Shown: in pieces, positions 39,429-48,952 of the stretch | Numbering within the stretch: position 1 is the first letter of the stretch | Layout: each line of letters begins with the position of its first letter | NCBI GenBank assembly: GCA_964510495.1 | Contig: CAZECR010000001.1 | Location: forward strand, 3,781-67,780 | Reading direction: 5' to 3' | DNA length: 64,000 nt | Origin: an uncultured Gammaproteobacteria bacterium | GTDB taxonomy: Bacteria > Patescibacteriota > Patescibacteriia > Magasanikbacterales > GWA2-37-8 | Translations under genes and position numbers: made by a program | Notes under the pieces: model-generated | Told to the model about the DNA's origin: nothing | The model's database searches: none | What the model saw: only the letters and a program-made list of their open reading frames with translations

Positions 39429-39959
39429 TTACTTTGATTTGCTTTTCCAGCCGGTATATAAGCTCGCGGCTTCCACTTTTCGCATTTCTAGCCTGCGACG
39501 TTGCCACAGAAGTTCTTTCAGATTAATCATGGCCCTTAGTCGTTCAATATCTCCGGCTGCAGCTGTAGCAATTTTTTTATCAAGCTCAATAAGGTGTGTG
39601 TCTTGAAGTAGATTAAATATTTTCTCATCAGCGGGTAAATGCAAATTTTTTAGTTGCTCCACAATCTCTTCATCTTTGTAAATAATTGCTTCTTCAACGG
39701 CGGCTAAGGTTTTTTCATGTTGAGCCGCCTGAGGGTTTTCGTTTTCTTGTTCAGTAAGCTGGGGCAATAGTGCTTCGCTGACTGCATCAATTTTATCTAT
39801 AAGGTTGCCTGGTTTTAAATGCTGTGCTTCTACCCGCTTGCCTAAATCTTTTAGGTCGGGCATTATACGAGCTTCTTTTGGTTTGCTGCGTAAATTTTTC
39901 AATTCTTGCAGTTGAGGGGCGAGCTTTGAGCTTTCTGGTTGGTATGATTGTGTTTCCAT
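39429..39959 (-). CDS. Hypothetical protein
   Basis: Start METQSYQP; the longer track ORF extends as an antisense shadow of uvrB. Confidence 0.7.
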   Translation of the reverse strand: METQSYQPESSKLAPQLQELKNLRSKPKEARIMPDLKDLGKRVEAQHLKPGNLIDKIDAVSEALLPQLTEQENENPQAAQHEKTLAAVEEAIIYKDEEIVEQLKNLHLPADEKIFNLLQDTHLIELDKKIATAAAGDIERLRAMINLKELLWQRRRLEMRKVEAASLYTGWKSKSK

Positions 39960-40031
39960 AGGATTATGATTATACTTACATAATAACATAAACAGGCCAG
40001 TATAGCATAAAAAAGTCATTTTGTCAATCCT

Positions 40032-42116
40032 ATGCCATTTAAAATTGTTTCTGAATACGCGCCAGCAGGGGACCAGCCCAAAGCAATTAATCAGCTGGTG
40101 GAGGGTCTTAAAGAAGGGTTTAAAAAACAAACCTTGCTTGGGGTAACTGGGTCGGGTAAAACGTTCACGATGGCGAACGTTATTGAGCGTGTCCAAATGC
40201 CGACTTTGGTAATTGCGCATAACAAGACACTGGCAGCTCAGCTCTGTAATGAGTTTCGTGATTTTTTCCCCAACAACGTGGTTGAGTATTTTGTAAGTTA
40301 CTATGATTACTATCAGCCAGAAGCATATATTCCAACCAGTGACACGTATATTGAAAAGGAAGCGCAGATCAACCAGGAAATTGATCGTTTGCGTCATGCT
40401 TGCACTCAGGCCCTGCTTACCCGCAAAGACGTGATTGTTGTTGCTTCTGTTTCCGCGATTTATGGTTTGGGTTCGCCAGCTGCGTATGAAAAAGATGTTT
40501 TGCATATGCGCGTGGGCGATGCGCTCGACAGGCGCGGTATGATGGAGCAGCTTATCGGCATGCAATTTGAACGCACGACTGCGGATATGCGCCGCGGAAC
40601 ATTTCGGATGCAGGGACAAGTGTTTGAAATTATGCCGGTTAACGAAGAAATGATTTATCGTTTTGAAATTAGCGCGCATATTGATCGTATTGAACAAGTT
40701 GATCCAGTGACGCGTAAAATAAAACGCGAGCAAGAAGATGTGTGGCTCTTCCCGGCGAAGCATTATGTCGTCGGCGCGGAAGCTCGGGAGCGCGCGTTTG
40801 TGCGTATCAAAGATGAACTTGAAAAACAATTAGAACTGTTTGATCGTCAAGGAAAATTACTGGAACGTGATCGTCTCAAACGCCGGGTCAGTTATGATTT
40901 AGAACTTATTAAAAATATTGGCTACTGCAACGGTATTGAAAATTATTCTCGTCACTTTGAAGGACGTGCGGAGGGCGAACCATCGTTTACGCTCCTCGAC
41001 TATTTTAAACATGGAGCAAAAGAATTTTTGACAATCATCGATGAGTCACATGTGACGGTGCCGCAGGTGCGGGCGATGTACAATGGTGACCGAGCGCGTA
41101 AAGATACGCTGGTCGAACACGGCTTTCGTTTGCCAAGCGCTCGCGACAATCGGCCGCTGCGTTATGAAGAATTTGAAAAATTAGTTGACCAGGTGGTATA
41201 TGTTTCAGCTACGCCAACGGAGTATGAACTGAGTGAAAGTAAGCAGGTGGTGGAACAAGTTGTTCGTCCAACGGGTTTGATTGATCCGGAGGTTATTATT
41301 CGCCCCATTACACCAAGCAGGTCCGATAACGGACTCTCGCAAATTGAAGACTTGATGGTTCGAATTGATGAGCGCATCGCAGCTAAGGAACGTGTTTTGG
41401 TAACCACGCTCACCAAGCGTATGGCCGAAGACCTGACGCAATTTTTGGAAGAGAAGAAAGTGAAAGTAAAATTTTTGCATAGTGATGTCCAGACGCTGGA
41501 TCGTATTACGGTCATTATGGAATTACGCCAAGGCAAGATTGACGTTTTGGTGGGAGTTAATCTTTTGCGCGAAGGGCTCGACATGCCGGAAGTGTCACTG
41601 GTTGCTATTCTCGACGCAGACAAAGAAGGATTTCTGCGTAGTGAAACGAGTTTAATTCAAACCATTGGCCGCGCCGCGCGTAATGTGAACGGGCAAGTTG
41701 TGTTGTATGCCGACCACAGTACCGGTTCGATCGAGCGCGCGATTGCCGAAACAAATCGTCGCCGCACCATTCAGCTCGCGTACAACGAGGAGCGTGGCAT
41801 TACACCAAAAACAATTCAAAAAACTATTCGGAATATTTTGGAAGAATTTGGTATTAGTGAAACGTCGCCCGGGGGAAACAGCAAAGAACATAAACGCCGC
41901 CGCGCGGAACTTGCGAACCTCGATACGCTCGGTGACGACCGGCCACTCAGCGTCATCATCAAAGACAAAGAGGCGCAGATGAAAGATGCGGCGAAAGGAC
42001 TTGAGTTTGAACTTGCGGCAATACTGCGAGACGAGATTCGTGAGTTGACCGCAAGGCAGAAATCGAGTGGGGAAGTAGAGAAAAGTAAAAAGGGACGACC
42101 GGCGAAAAAGAAGTAA
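40032..42116 (+). CDS. uvrB: Excinuclease ABC subunit B
   Basis: PAGDQP, GVTGSGKT, YYDYYQPEAY, IIDESH, DADKEGFLRS, UVR domain. Confidence 0.99.
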   Translation: MPFKIVSEYAPAGDQPKAINQLVEGLKEGFKKQTLLGVTGSGKTFTMANVIERVQMPTLVIAHNKTLAAQLCNEFRDFFPNNVVEYFVSYYDYYQPEAYIPTSDTYIEKEAQINQEIDRLRHACTQALLTRKDVIVVASVSAIYGLGSPAAYEKDVLHMRVGDALDRRGMMEQLIGMQFERTTADMRRGTFRMQGQVFEIMPVNEEMIYRFEISAHIDRIEQVDPVTRKIKREQEDVWLFPAKHYVVGAEARERAFVRIKDELEKQLELFDRQGKLLERDRLKRRVSYDLELIKNIGYCNGIENYSRHFEGRAEGEPSFTLLDYFKHGAKEFLTIIDESHVTVPQVRAMYNGDRARKDTLVEHGFRLPSARDNRPLRYEEFEKLVDQVVYVSATPTEYELSESKQVVEQVVRPTGLIDPEVIIRPITPSRSDNGLSQIEDLMVRIDERIAAKERVLVTTLTKRMAEDLTQFLEEKKVKVKFLHSDVQTLDRITVIMELRQGKIDVLVGVNLLREGLDMPEVSLVAILDADKEGFLRSETSLIQTIGRAARNVNGQVVLYADHSTGSIERAIAETNRRRTIQLAYNEERGITPKTIQKTIRNILEEFGISETSPGGNSKEHKRRRAELANLDTLGDDRPLSVIIKDKEAQMKDAAKGLEFELAAILRDEIRELTARQKSSGEVEKSKKGRPAKKK

Positions 42117-42170
42117 ATAATGTAAAACACCTTCAGAATTCATGAAGGTGTTTTATTATGAGGTGGGTAG

Positions 42171-42917
42171 TTATAAGGCAATGTTTTTTTCGACTGGTTC
42201 TATGGGGTCGGCAAGTTCAATGGTAAGTTTTCTGACTCCCTCTTGAAAACGTGATTTAGCCGCTTCTTCAGTAATGGTAAGCTGCTTTGCGATTTCTTTC
42301 AGCTCTAGCCCCTCTTTTAAACGAAGGTCGATTACGGCCCTTACTTTTGGCGAAAGTGTGTTGAGCGCGGCATTGAGACGGTTTGTTTTATCTGACTCAT
42401 GGATTTTTTTAAAAAGAGAGGCCTCAGGGGTTTCTAAATGACTGGAGCTGCCCACAGCATGAATTCGATTACGTCGAGTTATGTTGACTATCTGACGCTG
42501 CTTTTTGGGTAAACGATGTATGCCAAACTTATTCTTATGTTCTAAAGTCGCGCTGCGTTCTTCAAGTATTTTTATGTCAGGCATTAATATTTCATTTCTT
42601 CGTTTAAGTGTGTTTTGTAAACGAAGTACTTTTTTTGCTGCATTAATGGCCACATCCACGCACCAGGTTTCAAATTTTGCCGGTCCATTAGGGTCGAATT
42701 TATTTTCTCGTAATGTTCGAGCAATACTTGCTAAAGCATCTTGGGTAGCTTCTTTACACTCTTCAGTTTTTAGAATTTTTCCGAAATTTCTTGTTATATA
42801 TAAATATATTCCGGTATAAAATTGTGGCGAAGCGAGCTTGTCCCACAAATTTTGTAGATCAGGATTGGTTTCGGTATGTACACTTTTATAGGGAGGCGCA
42901 CCTCTTTCGACTGCCAT
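42171..42917 (-). CDS. ECF-like sigma-70 family factor (regions 2 and 4)
   Basis: EATQDA...FETWCVDVAINAA; LNTLSPKVRAVIDLR..EGLELKEIAKQL..EEAAKSR. Confidence 0.8.
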   Translation of the reverse strand: MAVERGAPPYKSVHTETNPDLQNLWDKLASPQFYTGIYLYITRNFGKILKTEECKEATQDALASIARTLRENKFDPNGPAKFETWCVDVAINAAKKVLRLQNTLKRRNEILMPDIKILEERSATLEHKNKFGIHRLPKKQRQIVNITRRNRIHAVGSSSHLETPEASLFKKIHESDKTNRLNAALNTLSPKVRAVIDLRLKEGLELKEIAKQLTITEEAAKSRFQEGVRKLTIELADPIEPVEKNIAL

Positions 42918-42975
42918 ATGCAAAAATTTAAAAAATATTTGAGTAAGTATACTTGTCTTACACATTATGTAAAGA

Positions 42976-43027
42976 AGTAGAAATAAAAAATACTCTGTTC
43001 TAGAACAGAGTATTTTTTATTTCTACT
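42976..43027. repeat. Perfect 52-bp palindrome, probably a terminator
   Basis: agtagaaataaaaaatactctgttct | agaacagagtattttttatttctact. Confidence 0.9.
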
Positions 43028-43057
43028 CAACACCTCTAAAGATGGGTAGTGGAAAGT

Positions 43058-43090
43058 GTGGAGCGCTCCTTGCTAAAGGGAGCGCTCCAC
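43058..43090 (-). repeat. 3' hairpin GTGGAGCG...CGCTCCAC, copy A
   Basis: gtggagcgctcctt-gcta-aagggagcgctccac; same outer stem at 54111..54144. Confidence 0.7.
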
Positions 43091-43107
43091 GAAGCGGTAT
43101 GGGGGGG

Positions 43108-45111
43108 TCAGAGAACGTGGAGTAGTCCGTAGATGCCGATGGTCAGGATACCAAGGGCCTCGCCGGCGATGATGCCTCCTCCGATGAGGGGGCTGGTGCT
43201 CATGTCGTCGAGACCCTCGTTTGCGGAGTCGGGCTCGTCAATATTGCTGCTCGTCGGCCGCGGGGTTGTTGTTGATTCCACGTGGAGTGGTTCGGCACTG
43301 TAGCCAGCGGAGATCACGTTGGTTTTGATCCCGCTGCCCTGACAGGTGTGGCAGGCGTCTTTTTCATCGGGCAGCTTGGAACGAGACTCGGCAGTGGCTT
43401 CGGCGCGCGCTTCGCTTTCGATGAAGCGAGAGTAGCTGGCGAGAACGCCGCCGATCATGTACCAGAGCGAGGTCGAGAGCTCGACGAAGCCACCGAAGGA
43501 CGAGGCGTAGGGTGAGGGCAGGATGATCGCGTCGATCATGAACCGGACGAATTTGGACGACCGGGTGCCTCGCTTCAGATACCGACGGTAGCGCTGGCTG
43601 AGGGCCAGGAGTTCCCGGAGGAGCTGGGTCACGAAGCCGATCGCGAGGCCGAGCAGCACCGCCTTTTTCGCGACCTCACGCTTTTGCATGATTTTCGCGA
43701 GTTTGGCGGGCGGTGCATTCTGGTCGATCGGGACGATGAAGGTGTCGATCGCCCCTTTCAGCTTGTACGTCATTGCTGACTGCCAAGCGGTGGGGCGTTC
43801 TTCCTTCTTCATCACGGTCTGATCTTTTTGCAGAATGGGGTAGGCCTTCATGAAGAACAGGGGGAGGAGGACGGACAGCGCCGCGGCCATGGGGATCCCC
43901 ATGACCTGGTACCAGAACTGAGTCCGCCGGGGCGTCGACAGGCGCTTGCCAGTCGACCTGTCCTGCTGCATATCGCCGCCGATGCTCATGTTGAGGAGCA
44001 TGATCGAGGCGCAGAGGAGGGCAGTGTCGACGTTCGTGAGCTTGGTCATGGCCATGACGTAGATGGCGAATACGGTCGCGCTCGAGACGGGGTTTGAATC
44101 CGTCATGCCGAGCGAGAGGCCGTTCACCAGGAGGAAGATGGCGCTGAGGGCAAGCGCGAGCGCGAGATACGCGATCGGCTGGTAGAGGAAGAAGTGTCCG
44201 ACGACGATGACCGCCACGGCCGAGCCCAGGATCCAAAGCGCGAGGAACGACGACTTGATCTTCTGCTTGTCCTCCTGTCGCAGGATCTCGAGACCGATGA
44301 TGCTCGTGGTCTCTTTGACCTTGCGGGTAACGAGCTTGTGGATGATGCCGAGGAGTTGTGCGATGAAGGCTCCGAGGATCATGCCGAGCATGATGATGAA
44401 GAAGACCTTGCGGAAGGGGTCGCCGGGCTCGAGCCACTCGATCTTGACTAGGTAGGGAACCAGTTGCTCGCCGGTAAGACCGAGCAGGAAGGCGGGTAGC
44501 GTGAGGGTGACGCCGAGGATCATGCCGACGCCGATCGTAGACGCGGATAGGCCGAGCGGCTCAAGGGCTGTCAGCTTCATGCTGGCGATACCCATGGCGT
44601 AGCCGAGGCCGGTGCCAGTCGCAAGCTTCGCGAGGGACTTGTTGAGCAGTAGCTTGTTGCACAGAGCGCGCAGGATGTTGGCCGCCCCAAGTCCCGAGGG
44701 GAACTTGAGGTCCATCTTGTCCACCAGGAGTGGCGTGTACGCCATCCCGACACCGATCCCGAACAGGGAGATGCAGGCGTGGAACAAGATGAGCGGCATG
44801 ATGGGAGTGGGAAGTCCGTACCAGACACGTACCTGGATGAGGATACCCATACCAGTCACCGAGGCGACGCTCGCCGCCAGGGTCTGGATGTAGTTACCCA
44901 TGTGCATGCCTTCCGGTCCGTACCGGTAGGTGACCACGCTGCCGAGGATGGAAGCGAAGATCTGCGCCCCGATCGCGAAGCCGATCGAGAAGTTCATGTA
45001 GAGCGCGGTCACCGCTGCGAGAGGTCCGAGGATGAGCATCGAGACGAGGATCAAGAGGATGTGGAGCTGGGGCGTGCCGACTGCCGGCCAACCAAACTTC
45101 GGGATTTTCAT
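43108..45111 (-). CDS. OPT/YSL-family oligopeptide transporter, GC-rich
   Basis: NYIQTLAAS, LKFPSG, GMTDSNPVSS, GGDMQQDRSTG..L, GGGIIAGEAL; GGAGG-tacagcc-ATG. Confidence 0.9.
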   Translation of the reverse strand: MKIPKFGWPAVGTPQLHILLILVSMLILGPLAAVTALYMNFSIGFAIGAQIFASILGSVVTYRYGPEGMHMGNYIQTLAASVASVTGMGILIQVRVWYGLPTPIMPLILFHACISLFGIGVGMAYTPLLVDKMDLKFPSGLGAANILRALCNKLLLNKSLAKLATGTGLGYAMGIASMKLTALEPLGLSASTIGVGMILGVTLTLPAFLLGLTGEQLVPYLVKIEWLEPGDPFRKVFFIIMLGMILGAFIAQLLGIIHKLVTRKVKETTSIIGLEILRQEDKQKIKSSFLALWILGSAVAVIVVGHFFLYQPIAYLALALALSAIFLLVNGLSLGMTDSNPVSSATVFAIYVMAMTKLTNVDTALLCASIMLLNMSIGGDMQQDRSTGKRLSTPRRTQFWYQVMGIPMAAALSVLLPLFFMKAYPILQKDQTVMKKEERPTAWQSAMTYKLKGAIDTFIVPIDQNAPPAKLAKIMQKREVAKKAVLLGLAIGFVTQLLRELLALSQRYRRYLKRGTRSSKFVRFMIDAIILPSPYASSFGGFVELSTSLWYMIGGVLASYSRFIESEARAEATAESRSKLPDEKDACHTCQGSGIKTNVISAGYSAEPLHVESTTTPRPTSSNIDEPDSANEGLDDMSTSPLIGGGIIAGEALGILTIGIYGLLHVL

Positions 45112-45391
45112 GGCTGTACCTCCGCCATATGCTGTTGAGTTATCGGGGAGTTTGGTCTCATCTATCAAAAAAATTGATAGGCGATTCCGTTTCTCACCGC
45201 TAACATTGTAAAAGGGCTTTGTTACAGTTGTATGAAAACTGTAACACCTGAACGTAGCAAAAAATAGAGCAAATGTCAAGATAGGTTGTGGGTATAGTTT
45301 GATAGCATTGTAAAACAAAAATTAAAAATCCCCTAGTGGGGATTTTTAAGGTACCTTCCTTCTAATTCCTATCTGGAACCACAAGGAAGGG

Positions 45392-45408
45392 GACAAGTGA
45401 ATACTTAC
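45392..45408 (+). repeat. 17-bp inverted repeat, left copy, flanking the second OPT gene
   Basis: gacaagtgaatacttac is the reverse complement of 47657..47673. Confidence 0.75.
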
Positions 45409-45496
45409 CGTGTTCAAGAGGCAGACGCGGCCTCTTGTTGGCCAAGAGAATAACGCGATGAAGCGTATATTCTCAGGGTCACCTTCCGTGTGGCGG

Positions 45497-47506
45497 CTAG
45501 GCGGAGGCCTTGATCTCGCTGAAGAGGCGCTTCGCGGCTCCGCTCAGGTAGTGCATGAAGAGACCGGCGAGTGCGAGCATGAGCGCCATGGACGTCCAGG
45601 AGGCGATGTGATCGAGCCGAGCAGGGATCGCGGTCAGTGGAAGTGGTACCTTGAAGGCCACCGCACCCGATTGGAAGATACCGACCACGACTTCACCCGC
45701 GATGATCACCGCGGCTGGAGCTGCGATGAGCGCTTCGAGACCGGTCTCATAGGTGCGCCGCGGGGTGGGGAGCATGCTTTCTTCGAGGGTTTGCGTCTCT
45801 TCGTTGGCGTCGTCGACGCCCGGCACGATCGGCAGTTCGTTCTTCTTCACATTCAGCTTCTTCACTGCCCAGTAGGCGATGAGTCCACCGATTGCGATGG
45901 GGATGGTCGCCGAGATGCCGAGGTAGATGCCGACGGCGACAGCCATCGGCGAGAGGCGGAAGGGTGGATTCTTGCGAGTGCGGAGGAAGATGTCCGCTGC
46001 GGCGAGTAGGGCACCGAGGATCATGCCCTTCAGGATCATGTCGCCGAAGGGCAAGGGTTTCCCTTGAAGCCAGGCGAGGAATGCCTCGACCAGTTCCTTG
46101 AAGAGGCCGGCTTGAGGCGCCTCAAGACCCACCCCGATGCCCCGCGTGTGGTGCAGGCTCATGAGGAATGGGTGGAGGATAGGGGCGACACAGACGATGC
46201 TGAGGAGCATCGCCCACTGCTGGCGCCGCGGAGTCGCGCCGAGCATGTAACCGGTCTTGAGGTCCTGGCTCACCGAGCCGGCCGTCGAGGCGGCGCAGCA
46301 GATACATCCAGCGACAGCAAGGAGGATGACGTTCGCGGTCGCGGTGTTCGCAAGGAGCTGCTCACGGAAGATGCCGAGGATGCCGCAAGTTGCGATGAGA
46401 CCAGTGATAGTCATTCCGCTTGTTGGCGACGAGGTGCTGCCCACCTGGCCGACGATGTAGCTCGCGACGAGCGACAAGAGACTGCCGATGATGAACACGC
46501 CGAGAGCAGCTGTCAGGCTGAGGAGCAGAGAGTGCGAGATGTCGTAGAAGAGCCAGACGAAGCCGAGAGCACAGATGGTCAGAACACCGACCTGGTGGAT
46601 GGGTCGCATGTCGTCGTTCTTGGACGCCTGGGTCTTCTTCTGGTTCGTCTGCTGGCCCCGCGAGCGAAGCTTGCTCCGGACGATGCCGCCAACGATCCAG
46701 ACGAGTGAGTAGAAGGCGGCGACGACCATGACTCCGATGCCGAAGAATTTGGACATGCGCTTCAGGTCAGTTGCTGTGCTGAAGTCCGGGTGCCAGGCTG
46801 CATAGGCAGGCCACGAGATCAGACTGATCACGCCGCCTGACAGCATGAGGAGAGCTGCATTCGTGCCGATCAACATGCCGACAGCGAGGAGAGCGAGGGA
46901 GATGGTGCTCTTCAGGCTGAAGAGCTCCTGGGTCCTGCCGCCGGCGACTAGGCGCTTCACCGTGTACAGCGTGCTTTTCTCAGGCACGATACCCACGATG
47001 ACATTGAGAGCGCTCATGGCCGCTCCGATGAGGGTCGCGATCACGAGCGTCAACGTGTTGATCTTACCCGTCTTGGTGAGGACCTGGAGGAGGCGGGCGC
47101 AGGCACGCCCTTCTGGGTAGCGGAGCTCACGGTCACGCTCGACGATCAGGATCGGCCTGATCCAGATCATGGAGACAACGCCGAGACTGCCACCGAAAGC
47201 GGCGACACCAGCGACGTGGTACCAAGGGATCGAACCCTTGCTAGCTCCGATCAGGAGCGCTGGCATTGTGAAGATAACACCGGCGGAGATACTCTCGCCG
47301 GCGCTAGCGACGGTTTGCACTGTGTTGTGTTGGAGGAGGTTGCCTCGCCGCATGAAGATGAACGACAGCACCGCGGCGGGGATGCTGGCGCTCAAGGTCT
47401 GGCCAGCGCTGAGCCCCACGTACATCGTGCTCACGGCGAAGAACGCTGAGAGCACAACGCCGAAGAGCAGCTCACGCAGACCCCATTCTCTCTGAGATTG
47501 TTGCAT
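45497..47506 (-). CDS. OPT-family oligopeptide transporter, GC-rich
   Basis: YVGL.AGQTLSASIPAAV, NTVQTVASAGES, YPEGRACA, SSPTSGMTI, SQDLKTGYMLGATPRRQQ, APQA; GAGGG-aacc-ATG. Confidence 0.93.
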   Translation of the reverse strand: MQQSQREWGLRELLFGVVLSAFFAVSTMYVGLSAGQTLSASIPAAVLSFIFMRRGNLLQHNTVQTVASAGESISAGVIFTMPALLIGASKGSIPWYHVAGVAAFGGSLGVVSMIWIRPILIVERDRELRYPEGRACARLLQVLTKTGKINTLTLVIATLIGAAMSALNVIVGIVPEKSTLYTVKRLVAGGRTQELFSLKSTISLALLAVGMLIGTNAALLMLSGGVISLISWPAYAAWHPDFSTATDLKRMSKFFGIGVMVVAAFYSLVWIVGGIVRSKLRSRGQQTNQKKTQASKNDDMRPIHQVGVLTICALGFVWLFYDISHSLLLSLTAALGVFIIGSLLSLVASYIVGQVGSTSSPTSGMTITGLIATCGILGIFREQLLANTATANVILLAVAGCICCAASTAGSVSQDLKTGYMLGATPRRQQWAMLLSIVCVAPILHPFLMSLHHTRGIGVGLEAPQAGLFKELVEAFLAWLQGKPLPFGDMILKGMILGALLAAADIFLRTRKNPPFRLSPMAVAVGIYLGISATIPIAIGGLIAYWAVKKLNVKKNELPIVPGVDDANEETQTLEESMLPTPRRTYETGLEALIAAPAAVIIAGEVVVGIFQSGAVAFKVPLPLTAIPARLDHIASWTSMALMLALAGLFMHYLSGAAKRLFSEIKASA

Positions 47507-47585
47507 GGTTCCCTCGTTTTGCTTCGTTTTCGCTAGAATCGTTGTGACGGACCGTGCGCCAAATTTTTCTCCTATTATTTGTTTG

Positions 47586-47640
47586 CTAAGAGATCGAATA
47601 GGGATTATATAATTTATAAAAACACTATTCGATCTCTTAG
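47586..47640. repeat. 16-bp perfect stem in the OPT 5' leader
   Basis: ctaagagatcgaatag ... ctattcgatctcttag. Confidence 0.8.
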
Positions 47641-47656
47641 TTTAAGAAGGTTTATA

Positions 47657-47673
47657 GTAAGTATTCACTTGTC
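47657..47673 (-). repeat. 17-bp inverted repeat, right copy, overlapping a TTGACA -35 box
   Basis: gtaagtattcacttgtc. Confidence 0.75.
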
Positions 47674-47884
47674 AAAGATCATTTTATTTTAAAAAATGCT
47701 GATGCGCATTGCAAATCAGCATTATGTGAACATATCATAAAAAATGATGAAAGTCAATGCTTCATAAGCCGTGGATCGAGTGGTAAGCCTTTTGTAAAAA
47801 ATAAGGATAATTGTAAATATTTTTTCAAAACTATTGACCGTTATGCTGTTGTAGCGTACCACATAAGCATAGGAGGTCCCCGCC

Positions 47885-48052
47885 ATGACGATGATCCGTA
47901 CCCTCAGTATCTTTGCTGCCCTCAAGCTCTTCTTCACGTTCACCTCGGCGTTCGCCGCCGACAACCTCGAGGCCAAGGCCAGGGCAAAGGCTGCTGCCGA
48001 GAAAGCCAAGGAGAGTGCTGCCGCGAAGGACAAAAAGAGCGACAAGAAGTAG
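47885..48052 (+). CDS. Small secreted Ala/Lys-rich peptide (55 aa, not in the ORF track)
   Basis: TTGACC at 47835, AGGAGG SD; MTMIRTLSIFAALKLFFTFTSAFA-ADNLEAKARAKAAAEKAKESAAAKDKKSDKK; GC-rich third positions. Confidence 0.75.
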   Translation: MTMIRTLSIFAALKLFFTFTSAFAADNLEAKARAKAAAEKAKESAAAKDKKSDKK

Positions 48053-48210
48053 CTCTCGCCACTTCGTAATCGTCTGTTTGGACGCAAGAATTACCGGTAC
48101 GTTTGACGCTCGTCGGGCGTACTCTCAAGAGCTCTTACTTAAGAGCTCTTTTAGTTTTAAGTGTCGCCGTCCTTGCTCGTAAAACTATTTTTCACTATAC
48201 TACGTCTACT

Positions 48211-48807
48211 ATGTCAGAAAAATCATTCATATCTCGTCGTGAATTTCTCCGTCTCGGTGTGGCGGCAGCAGGCGCTGCAGCCTTATCCCAGTTAGAAAGC
48301 GATCAGGCACCGCGTGAAATTTTTGTAGCAGAAAAATATAAAAATTTTCAGCTGGAAGGTGAACAAATTTTTATCCAAAAAATTAAAACCGCTCTCGAGC
48401 TGCTTGGCACGACCGGCATACTAGAAATTGATGTTGAGCCCTATATTAAGACTATTCGTCAATTAGGAGTGAGTGATGAAAGGGGGACGGGAGTCTATCC
48501 GTTACAAAACCAAACCGCTTTTATCGATCGAGCAGACTGGGAACGTGCAACTGAGTGGTTGGCATCAATTGTTGCGCACGAGGCGCGGCATATGGAATTG
48601 TTTGTCGCTGCAAATGGTCAGGTGGGGGAAGAGCGTGTTGGTAATACGCATGTTTCGGACGCAGCGTGGCGAGTGGGCCCAGGAGAAATTGGGGCGTGCG
48701 AAAAACAGATCGAAGTTTTGAAATTATTACACGCTGAAGAATCAGAAATAATTCGCATGAAAAAGCATTTGGAAAATTTAAAGAAAAAATGGGCAGAAGA
48801 AAAATAA
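48211..48807 (+). CDS. Protein with twin-arginine-like N-terminus and HExxH motif (putative metallopeptidase)
   Basis: ISRREFLRLGVAAAGAAA; LASIVAHEARH. Confidence 0.75.
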   Translation: MSEKSFISRREFLRLGVAAAGAAALSQLESDQAPREIFVAEKYKNFQLEGEQIFIQKIKTALELLGTTGILEIDVEPYIKTIRQLGVSDERGTGVYPLQNQTAFIDRADWERATEWLASIVAHEARHMELFVAANGQVGEERVGNTHVSDAAWRVGPGEIGACEKQIEVLKLLHAEESEIIRMKKHLENLKKKWAEEK

Positions 48808-48952
48808 AAAAGAACCTGGGAATCAGGTTCTTTTTTAAATTTCTCAAGTATTTTCAAAAAAATAACTAAGAAATGAAGGCCGGAAATTCGCTGGTGCGTT
48901 TTCCGACCTGGGCGCTGTTAGGTTGTGCGCCGAGACGGGCGTCGAGGCCCGG

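Noticed and set aside
39960-40829. Long N-terminal extension of the 466-aa minus-strand ORF
   Set aside because: Antisense shadow of uvrB; the plausible gene starts at 39959.
45112-45318. N-terminal extension of the 736-aa OPT ORF
   Set aside because: AT-rich promoter/leader sequence; the SD marks ATG 45111.
43282-47495. Many overlapping alternative-frame ORFs in the OPT genes
   Set aside because: Expected from high GC3 and few stop codons; no independent start signals.
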